Part shown: piece by piece, positions 1 to 6,266 of the stretch
Numbering within the stretch: position 1 is the first letter of the stretch
How the letters are laid out: each line of letters begins with the position of its first letter
Source of the DNA: a bacterium
GTDB taxonomy: Bacteria; Zhuqueibacterota; Zhuqueibacteria; Oceanimicrobiales; Oceanimicrobiaceae
Assembly: GCA_046757525.1 (NCBI GenBank)
Contig: JBHHYI010000115.1
Span: 1-13,240 of the forward strand
Length of the DNA: 13,240 nt
Reading direction: 5' to 3'
Translations under genes and position numbers: made by a program
The notes under the pieces: model-generated
The model's input: the letters and a program-made list of their open reading frames with translations, nothing else
What the model was told of the DNA's origin: nothing
The model's database searches: none

Positions 1-3
1 CTT

Positions 4-276
4 TCATCTCTTCTTCAGGATGGCCGCGCTGATAAGCGAAATCAACAATCCCACCGGAAAAGCTTTGCCAAAATTTATCTTGCCCGCCGACTCTTTGTCC
101 CGATACGATTTGATGCCAATAAAAATTGTGGATAAGGCAACAATCATACTAATGTAACCCAGCCATTCGGCTTTGTCATAATCGACATTCTTACCAAATA
201 GTGGGGTGGTTAAAAACATCATGAGCACCAGGACCAGGCCGGAAATTGAGCCGAATATCAAAACAATTCTACGCAT
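4..276 (-). pseudogene. DUF4199-family membrane protein, apparently truncated (90 aa)
   Basis: ATG at 276 with AAGGAG SD at 283-288. The sequence MRRIVLIFGSISG...LGYISMIVALSTIFIGIKSYRDKESAGKINFGKAF resembles the DUF4199 N-terminal half. TGA at 4-6 stops it within or just after the third TM segment; family members are usually about twice as long. Confidence 0.65.
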
Positions 277-384
277 ATCGATCTCCTTAATGGGTTGATG
301 TACAAAAAACTGGAAATATGAATGACTCAAATAAACAAAATCTTTTTTTATAATACATCACCCAAAAGGACCATTTGAGGAAAA

Positions 385-400
385 TCATACCAAAGTATGA
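385..400. promoter_or_regulatory. Candidate LuxR/NarL-type operator TCATAC-CAAA-GTATGA
   Basis: Perfect 6-4-6 inverted repeat between the LuxR gene and the DUF4199 gene. A degenerate copy (10/16 identity) lies at 358-373, next to a minus-strand TATTAT -10-like box at 350-355. Confidence 0.55.
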
Positions 401-448
401 GGCCGAACAAACTCCGGTTCCCCGATCACAGCAGGTTCGCTGAGGTCG

Positions 449-886
449 TTACTCTGTTGCGCTAATTTCTCTGGCCTTTTGAATTGCTTGTGTGCGTCGG
501 TTGACATCGAGCTTGCTGTATAAATTAGAACAGTGCGTTTTTATAGTGTGGAGGGACACGAATAATTTGTTGGCAATTTCCTGATTCGAGTACCCTTTGG
601 CCATGAGTTCCAACACTTCCAACTCCCGCTCACTTATACCGTATGACTTCAGCTTTTCAGAATGGACCACAAGGCCATCCAAACCGTCTTGAAACCGAGC
701 TTTCGACTTTTGTCTATCGATAATTTTCAGCCCAATCCAGATGCCCAGGGCGGTAAATAAGAGTGCAACAAGGCCCACATAAATTTCAATGGAAAGCTCT
801 CTAACGAAAAAACGGTATTCGAGAACCCGAAGAAGAACAACGAGTATGGCTAAGAGAGCGCCATAGATAAAGACGGTTCTTTTCAT
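449..886 (-). CDS. Membrane-anchored LuxR-family (GerE-type HTH) transcriptional regulator
   Basis: Two N-terminal hydrophobic helices followed by ISERELEVLELMAKGYSNQEIANKLFVSLHTIKTHCSNLYSKLDVNRRTQAI, a canonical LuxR HTH. No receiver domain. Confidence 0.92.
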   Translation of the reverse strand: MKRTVFIYGALLAILVVLLRVLEYRFFVRELSIEIYVGLVALLFTALGIWIGLKIIDRQKSKARFQDGLDGLVVHSEKLKSYGISERELEVLELMAKGYSNQEIANKLFVSLHTIKTHCSNLYSKLDVNRRTQAIQKAREISATE

Positions 887-910
887 GCCTCCAGCCTTGC
901 CTGGTCGTTC

Positions 911-1387
911 TTAGTTTTTCTTGCCGGTGCACACTTGTTTCGCCCGTCCAATCCATTCCTTTGCAAGGTAATGGTAGACCGCATACGCCTTCCAGACAGC
1001 CGCGGCCCACTCCTGCACCAGACGGATGTGAGCTGCAGCGTCTTTGGCATCGATGATGTGGACGATGGTGAGGTCGCCGACATGGTCAAGCAGCTCCGGT
1101 TTGTCCAGTTGCTTCTTGCCGTCCAGCCACTGCCGCAGCAGCCGGAGCAGATCGCGATCGTTGCCGTATTCCATGAAGCAGCACATTCCGGTCAAGTGCG
1201 CAGCAAAGGACTTGGCAGAAATCATGTAGGGATCCGGATGCTGCAATGAATACGTGTCGACCGTCAGTCGGTGCACTCTGCCGTAACGGAAGTCGGAAAA
1301 CTCTCTGACCAGAATCGTGTCGAACATCTCTTTGCAGCTCGATGGCGGTGGCAAGCCACAAGAACAGGGCATTTGATCCTCTAACAT
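911..1387 (-). CDS. Conserved hypothetical protein, DUF5946-like
   Basis: 158-aa ORF with an N-terminal Cys cluster (CSC...C) and HRLTVDTYSLQHP...SFAAHLTGMC motifs, recalled as typical of DUF5946. It ends 24 bp before the LuxR start. The family call is from memory. Confidence 0.7.
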   Translation of the reverse strand: MLEDQMPCSCGLPPPSSCKEMFDTILVREFSDFRYGRVHRLTVDTYSLQHPDPYMISAKSFAAHLTGMCCFMEYGNDRDLLRLLRQWLDGKKQLDKPELLDHVGDLTIVHIIDAKDAAAHIRLVQEWAAAVWKAYAVYHYLAKEWIGRAKQVCTGKKN

Positions 1388-1435
1388 TATTGTTGTTGAT
1401 GTAGAGAGTGTCTAAACGAAAACCCGACTCTCACG

Positions 1436-1544
1436 TGTCATTTCGAATCAGGCGCATGCCTGATGAGAAATCTGGATCAGCAACGATAGAGCAATTTCGT
1501 TGCGCAATTAGATTTCTCCACCGCTTCGCGTCGTCGAAATGACA
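1436..1544. repeat. REP/MITE-like palindromic element with TGTCAT...ATGACA termini (copy A)
   Basis: 11-bp terminal IR TGTCATTTCGA (1436-1446)/TCGAAATGACA (1534-1544). Inner stems: ATCAGGC/GCCTGAT (1447-1464), GAGAAATCT (1465-1473)/AGATTTCTC (1510-1518), GCAACGA (1480-1486)/TCGTTGC (1497-1503). Confidence 0.85.
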
Positions 1545-1574
1545 ATATGAGGAGGTTTACGGTGAATCATAAGG

Positions 1575-2051
1575 TCAACGCTTATTCCACTCCCAAATGT
1601 GCCATTTCAACACGTCGGGAAGCTTGAAGCCACACTGTTTCATCGTCAGCAGAATATGGCCGCGATGATGGGCTTCGTGGGAGATGAAATAGCCGAGCAT
1701 GGGCACGACGCCACGCTTGAAATTGGACACCGCGCCGCCGCGCTCGAGGCCATACCGCAGGTACTTCTCCATCACCTCGCCCGATTGTGCCAGGGCTTGT
1801 TGGAGTTTTTCCTTCGGCGGGCTTTCTCCTTTTTCAAAAACGATCAAATTCTGTTTTATCTTTTTGCTGAACGCTTCCAATCGCCAGACCCTGACCATGT
1901 GCAGATGCGCCAGTTGACGGGCGATTTCGCGGCCGCCGCGCTTGCTCAAGGTCGCTTTCAGTGCCTCGTCCGGCAGATGTTCGAGTGTGAAAAGCATGAT
2001 GCGATTGTGGATGCGCCAGGTTTCAAGGATTTGATTTTCGAGTTCTGTCAT
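1575..2051 (-). CDS. DinB/YfiT-like metal-dependent four-helix-bundle protein
   Basis: 158 aa with REIARQLAHLHMVR (first His) and YFISHEAHHRGHI (HxxHH metal-binding motif). Confidence 0.9.
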   Translation of the reverse strand: MTELENQILETWRIHNRIMLFTLEHLPDEALKATLSKRGGREIARQLAHLHMVRVWRLEAFSKKIKQNLIVFEKGESPPKEKLQQALAQSGEVMEKYLRYGLERGGAVSNFKRGVVPMLGYFISHEAHHRGHILLTMKQCGFKLPDVLKWHIWEWNKR

Positions 2052-2105
2052 GTCACGGTATTTATAGTCTTACGTCGCATCGTTGCACAAAAGTACAACA
2101 GGAAT

Positions 2106-2276
2106 TGGAACGCGCACAGCACGGATTTAACTGATTCAGAAGGATTGAATGGGCTGAATCTGTTGAGACAGTGAATTTAACCTATATAACTTTTAATTTC
2201 AAGGAGAAATAAATCCGTGCAGGTCCGTTCAATCCGCAAAATCTGTATTCCATTCATTTGCGGCTGCGCCGCGCTG
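2106..2276. repeat. Inverted pair of degenerate, roughly 9-bp-period GGATT/AATCC arms plus a TGCGGCTGCGCCGCGCTG tail
   Basis: Left arm TGGAACGCG...ACGGATTTAACTGATTCAGAAGGATT (2106-2147). Right arm AAATCCGTGCAGGTCCGTTCAATCCGCAAAATCTGTATTCCA (2211-2252) aligns to it as a reverse complement. An AT-rich core lies between the arms. Confidence 0.7.
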
Positions 2277-2696
2277 AGCGGCTCTTTGACCTTACCGTCG
2301 CCCAACTCACGTAAAGCCCTCTGTCGAATGGAGGACGCTTTTCGTGTTCAACGTCTAAGCCGCATTTGTGAAAGCAGCTCTTTATTTTGGTCGTTTGCGT
2401 AAAGCTCGCCATTCATCCGCCAGCAACCCGACAAACAATATCCAAACTGACAGTGCTCCACCATGATCCCAAGACCTGCACTCAGCACTGCCTTGAGCGA
2501 ACACTAGAATACTGTTGCCAGAAGAATCTTGAGGTTGTGCGTCAAGGTCAGGTTGAGAGGATAGATCGTGTTGAGATACTTGGTCATTTTGTTTGGGCTC
2601 ACTTCAGCGTTGTTTTCCACTTAATGCACCCTATTGCTCGGCGGCCTTTGCTGTGCAGGAGCTTGCTCGCGTTCCAACGCCATTCCAGAGCAAAAA

Positions 2697-2713
2697 AGCA
2701 ATTCTTGTGCCAA
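2697..2713 (-). promoter_or_regulatory. Sigma54 (RpoN) -24/-12 promoter
   Basis: Minus strand reads TTGGCACAAGAATTGCT, matching YTGGCACGNNNNTTGCW at all but one position with exact GG-N10-GC spacing. Confidence 0.65.
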
Positions 2714-2890
2714 TTAAGGAGACCAGGTACTGCCATTCACAAAATGAATTCTTTAAATCATGGATAAGAAAAATAACATCAATTGCAATCTGCGCCAGGG
2801 TGATTTTGTGCTCTGAAAGGGACATTTGCTATGTACGTACGGGAACGAAAAGAGTTTGCTTTTGACCGTTTTTTTTGTATTTTCTTGTAT

Positions 2891-3937
2891 ATGCTCACAG
2901 AGGATGCCAACCGAACTCTTTTTGAATCTCTAATCTTGGTGTTGCTGGTCACGGCCTGCGGTCACAATCCAGCATCTCCACCAACAGATTTGAGGCCGGT
3001 CAGAGCGGATTTTCAAAAAGGCATGACCTTTGTTTGTTGGAGCGCTGATTGTCTCAGTCGCAGTGAGGCGCAAAGCTCTTTGAAAAATGTCGTGAACACC
3101 GGGGCAAATTGGCTGGCCATCGTGGTTACTGGATATCAAGAAACAGCCACTTCGAGCTCTGTTTTCCTCGATCCGCAGTTGACCTCCACGGATGAGGCGC
3201 TGCTGGGAAGCATGGCCCTGGCCCGAACCCTGGGTTTCAAGGTTTTCCTCAAGCCCCATCTGGATGTTTTGGATGGCAGTTGGCGTGGAAACATCGCGCC
3301 GGAAAACCTGAACGCCTGGTTCGAAAGTTACCGTGCCTTCATCCTTCGATATGCCGGCATCGCCAGAGAGTTTGCGGTGGAGCAATTCAGTGTTGGTACA
3401 GAATTGCCATCGATGAGCGGTTATGCAGAACGCTGGCGCCAGATTATTGCCGCGGTGCGGGCGAGCTATTCGGGGGCGTTGCTCTATTCAGCCAATTGGG
3501 ATGAATATACGGACGTTGAGTTTTGGGACGCGCTGGATTATGTGGGAATTGACGCGTTTTTCCCCTTGACCCGCGACGCCAACGCTGATTTCGACCAGAT
3601 TTTGAACGGCTGGCAAGCCTGGGCAGACGTTGTCTCAGATTGGCAGAAAACCGTGCAGAAGGAGATCATCTTCACGGAGATTGGGTACGCCAATCAGAAC
3701 GGTACCAATATCCAGCCTTTCAATGCCGCCGTGAGCAGCCAACCGGATCCGCAGGAGCAGAGCGACTGCTACCGCGCAGCCCTGGTCACCTTCGCGGACC
3801 AGGCCTGGCTGAAGGGCGCTTATTGGTGGAGGTGGCGGGCCGACTTGCGCGGGGGTCCCGCTGACCTGGGATATACCCCGTACCAGAAACCGGCAGAAGC
3901 AGTATTGACCAGCGCCTGGCGTGGATTCATTCAGTGA
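2891..3937 (+). CDS. Glycoside hydrolase family 113 (beta-mannanase-like TIM barrel), predicted lipoprotein
   Basis: Motifs FQKGMTF, VFLKPH, FSVGTEL (acid/base Glu), YSANWD, YVGIDAFFPL and FTEIGY (nucleophile Glu). Lipobox LLVTA-C. The start is placed at ATG 2891 because it gives a signal peptide of normal length; the ORF track start is 2831. Confidence 0.85.
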   Translation: MLTEDANRTLFESLILVLLVTACGHNPASPPTDLRPVRADFQKGMTFVCWSADCLSRSEAQSSLKNVVNTGANWLAIVVTGYQETATSSSVFLDPQLTSTDEALLGSMALARTLGFKVFLKPHLDVLDGSWRGNIAPENLNAWFESYRAFILRYAGIAREFAVEQFSVGTELPSMSGYAERWRQIIAAVRASYSGALLYSANWDEYTDVEFWDALDYVGIDAFFPLTRDANADFDQILNGWQAWADVVSDWQKTVQKEIIFTEIGYANQNGTNIQPFNAAVSSQPDPQEQSDCYRAALVTFADQAWLKGAYWWRWRADLRGGPADLGYTPYQKPAEAVLTSAWRGFIQ

Positions 3938-4048
3938 ACCACGTTGAGCTGCGATTTCAGGCTGATTATTGATGGAGAAGTCTAGCTTGACGCCTTAAAC
4001 GAAGGATTGTTCGGATGGGAATTTGGCAGTTCGTGAGGGCGGGCCAGC

Positions 4049-4093
4049 CAGTGTCATGACACTGTTGAGGCGAGTTCACTTTTTATTCATAAT
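4049..4093 (+). promoter_or_regulatory. Perfect 16-bp palindrome abutting a putative sigma70 promoter
   Basis: CAGTGTCATGACACTG (4049-4064), then TTGAGG (4065-4070), a 17-bp spacer and CATAAT (4088-4093), upstream of the small basic ORF. Confidence 0.45.
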
Positions 4094-4121
4094 AAGCAAC
4101 ACTCATTACAAAGGAGACACA

Positions 4122-4274
4122 GTGGCAAAAACTAATTATCGACGCGAAAAGCGAAAGAAAGAATTAGCAAGAATAAGGAAAAGGGAAGAAAAAAGACAAC
4201 GCAAACTGGACAAGAACAATGTTCAGTCCGAAGAGAATCCAGAACAGTCTCGGGACGAGGGAGAAAATGACTGA
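4122..4274 (+). CDS. Small basic protein (50 aa) with acidic tail, unknown function
   Basis: GTG at 4122 preceded by AAGGAG (4111-4116). MAKTNYRREKRKKELARIRKREEKRQRKLDK followed by an acidic tail; resembles widespread small MAKxNY..EKR.KELA proteins. Confidence 0.75.
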   Translation: MAKTNYRREKRKKELARIRKREEKRQRKLDKNNVQSEENPEQSRDEGEND

Positions 4275-4335
4275 ATGTAGGGAATCCTACTCATTTCGGT
4301 CAGATGCATGACCCAATCCATTGACCGGAGGAGCA

Positions 4336-4638
4336 ATGTTTATTGCAATGAATCGTTTTCGAATCGCTTTGGGAAAAGAAGAAGACTTCATTCAAATATG
4401 GAAGAAGCGCGAAACCTACGTTGAAACTGTCCCGGGATTCAAGGAATTTCATTTGCTGCGAGGGCCCACAGATGAAAACTGTACTTTATTTGCGTCCCAC
4501 ACCGTTTGGGATTCTAAAGATGCGTTTGAAGCGTGGACCAAGTCCGATGCGTTTCAAAAAGCGCACGCCAGCGCAGGGGGAGCAAAGGATGTCTACCTGG
4601 GCCCCCCGAGTTTTGAGGGATTTGAAGCAGTAATCTAA
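4336..4638 (+). CDS. Antibiotic biosynthesis monooxygenase (ABM) domain protein, IsdG/HmoA-like heme-degrading type
   Basis: GGAGGAG SD then ATG 4336. MFIAMNRF (catalytic-type Asn), VPGFKEFHLLRG and AFEAWTKSDAFQKAH (conserved Trp and heme-ligand His). Confidence 0.88.
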   Translation: MFIAMNRFRIALGKEEDFIQIWKKRETYVETVPGFKEFHLLRGPTDENCTLFASHTVWDSKDAFEAWTKSDAFQKAHASAGGAKDVYLGPPSFEGFEAVI

Positions 4639-4672
4639 ACGGTGTCCCTTTTAGGAAACGCTCCCTGTTTGC

Positions 4673-4764
4673 TGTCATGCCTGCGAAAGCAGGCATCCAC
4701 TGGGTGGCCGGGTAGGGGGCCACCCAACTCCAACCCCTGGATTCCTGCTTTCGCAGGAAAGACA
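4673..4764. repeat. REP-like palindromic element, GTCAT-type (copy B)
   Basis: 27-bp arms TGTCATGCCTGCGAAAGCAGGCATCCA / TGGATTCCTGCTTTCGCAGGAAAGACA (3 mismatches), each itself a hairpin. Central hairpin TGGGTGGCC (4701-4709)/GGCCACCCA (4718-4726). Confidence 0.9.
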
Positions 4765-4890
4765 TCGCTTGTTCCGACTCTTTGGCGTTTCCGACATTTA
4801 AAGCAATGCGGCCACACCGGATTGCGGAAGCTTTTAGTAAAGGCTCCTCCGGAGCGGAATGACAGTTGTTTTTCTTTGAGCACAAAGGTA

Positions 4891-4990
4891 GTCGTCCAGA
4901 GTAGTCCCGACCGCTTTTTGGTCGGGACGTATCGAAGCCCGTCACCCCTCGATACGGTCACTTGAACAGCAGTGACCTACTCGGGATGGC
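4891..4990. repeat. REP-like four-way-junction element (copy C)
   Basis: Outer stem GTCGTCCAGAGTAG/CTACTCGGGATGGC. Hairpins GTCCCGACC/GGTCGGGAC (4904-4928), CGTATCGA/TCGATACG (4928-4956) and GGTCACT/AGTGACC (4956-4977). Confidence 0.8.
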
Positions 4991-5008
4991 TCGAGTTACT
5001 TTCGGGAA

Positions 5009-5668
5009 ATGCCTTCCATGGCACCAAACATTCAACCTGGGGCCAGTTTGAAGCTGTACGATATTTCAAAGCCCATTTCAGCGCAATTGCCTCCCTGGCC
5101 TGGAGATCCGGCTTACAGCAGCGAGAAGGTTGCTGACATTCGTTCCGGTGCTGCCGCAAATGTTTGCAAAATGGTTTTGGGTAGTCACTTTGGCACGCAT
5201 GTGGACGGCCCTTATCATGTTTTCGAGCAAGGGATGAGAATAGGCGCGGTGCCATTGCAAGCTTTCATTGGACCAGCCTGCGTGGTGAACTTTGTGGCTG
5301 GCAACAGCATCGACGTTGCGGATTTAGACGGGGTAGACCTTGGGAAGGTCAAGCGGATTTTGTTCAGAACCTCAAGCAACGCCAAGTCAGTGGCATTCGA
5401 GGAACACTTCACCTACCTGACGCCGGCAGCCGCTGAGAAGCTGGTCAAAGCAGAAATCGTACTCCTGGGAACCGATGCTCCCTCGGTAGATCCCTTCGAA
5501 AGCACCAACCTGCCTGTGCACAAGATTCTCATAGAGAATGGCGTGGCCATTCTGGAAAACCTGGAGCTTTGTCAGGTGCCTGAAGGTACCTATGAACTCA
5601 TCGCTTTGCCACTCAAGTTGCTTGATGCAGACGCCTCGCCGGTGCGTGCGGTTTTGCGAAAGCGATAG
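5009..5668 (+). CDS. kynB: Cyclase-family metal-dependent hydrolase, kynurenine formamidase-like
   Basis: LYDISKPI...PWPGD, HFGTHVDGPYH (HxGTHxDxPxH), GTDAPSVD, HKIL...ILENL and YELIALPLKLLDADASPVRAVLR. The true start may be ATG 5018 or TTG 5048. No kynA or kynU in the window. Confidence 0.85.
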   Translation: MPSMAPNIQPGASLKLYDISKPISAQLPPWPGDPAYSSEKVADIRSGAAANVCKMVLGSHFGTHVDGPYHVFEQGMRIGAVPLQAFIGPACVVNFVAGNSIDVADLDGVDLGKVKRILFRTSSNAKSVAFEEHFTYLTPAAAEKLVKAEIVLLGTDAPSVDPFESTNLPVHKILIENGVAILENLELCQVPEGTYELIALPLKLLDADASPVRAVLRKR

Positions 5669-5713
5669 TTTTCTTGCCCTCCGGAGAATCCATATTTTGT
5701 CTCTTTATCCAGA

Positions 5714-5747
5714 GGTGACGGGCTCCCGACCCAAAAGCGGTCGGTAC
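5714..5747 (-). repeat. Inverted, internally deleted partial copy of element C
   Basis: GGTGACGGGC-TCCCGACCCAAAAGCGGTCGGTAC equals the reverse complement of 4904-4946 with a 9-bp deletion and 2 substitutions. Confidence 0.8.
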
Positions 5748-5748
5748 C

Positions 5749-5785
5749 TCAAACGGTGACCTTCTTTGAGAAGGTCACCGTTTGA
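5749..5785. repeat. Perfect 17-bp hairpin (REP-like or bidirectional terminator)
   Basis: TCAAACGGTGACCTTCT-TTG-AGAAGGTCACCGTTTGA, lying between the convergent cyclase and beta-barrel genes. Confidence 0.8.
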
Positions 5786-5863
5786 CAACCCATTGCAAAG
5801 AATCCCCCTTTTTGAAACTGGTCTTTACTCATAACTATATACTGGAGACCGGGAGACAGTCAT

Positions 5864-6054
5864 AACATGTCACTCCTGACGGAGTTTGAGGAGGCGGAGG
5901 GTGATGGCAACTATAAACATGCCACCCCTCTCGGGGTTGAGTTCGCTTTTGTCAACATTTTCTTTGCAGAAGAGCGGGAAAACCGCGTAGCGGTGATAGG
6001 TTTATAGCAATTCATCCATTCATCATCGAGAAAACCCCGTTAGGGGTGACATGT
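5864..6054. repeat. Symmetric four-unit REP array (two forward, two inverted)
   Basis: Units at 5864-5886 and 5911-5938 (+) and at 5981-6007 and 6033-6054 (-). Consensus CTATAAACATGTCACYCCT(N)ACGGRGTT with an internal hairpin. Intra-pair spacers are 24 and 25 bp. Confidence 0.85.
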
Positions 6055-6106
6055 CAACACTCTGCACGAGCGAAAATCTGTCTCCTTTCAAAAGAAGAAA
6101 GACCCT

Positions 6107-6129
6107 CGCAATCGAGACGATTGCGTTAC
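6107..6129 (-). repeat. Single REP-like hairpin with GTAA foot
   Basis: Minus strand GTAA-CGCAATCG-TCT-CGATTGCG, the tetranucleotide-plus-hairpin architecture of REPs. Confidence 0.55.
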
Positions 6130-6266
6130 GTACAACAGAGCGTTTCCTAAAAGACTCTGTGGAAATCAGCGCAATGTGTGCAGAACAGTGAAATCAAGCC
6201 TGGCCTAAAATGTCGGCTCAAAGGGGGATTGGTCAGCAGGGATTCTTTAACAATAACCGATTCTAC

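Noticed and set aside
2529..2560. Weak AGGTT/AGGTC hexamer periodicity
   Set aside because: Too short and degenerate to distinguish from chance.
2387..2865. ORFs 2387-2767 (+), 2593-2865 (+) and 2631-2825 (-)
   Set aside because: No SD, no recognisable motifs and mutual overlap. They are probably spurious.
2831..2890. Longer N-terminus of the GH113 ORF
   Set aside because: It runs through a T-rich promoter-like tract and would place the lipobox Cys unusually far (position 43) from the start.
4514..4965. ORFs 4514-4945 (-), 4635-4961 (-) and 4642-4965 (+)
   Set aside because: They are translations of palindromic repeats (the WIPAFAG, PAKAGIQ and LRKQES patterns) and partly overlap the ABM gene.
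4891..4990. tRNA-like cloverleaf (also 1436-1544)
   Set aside because: No T-loop GTTCRA in the right position, no D-loop GG pattern, no 7-nt anticodon loop arrangement and no CCA end.
5864..6054. Possible CRISPR mini-array
   Set aside because: The repeats are degenerate, switch orientation midway and have unequal spacing. No cas genes are present.
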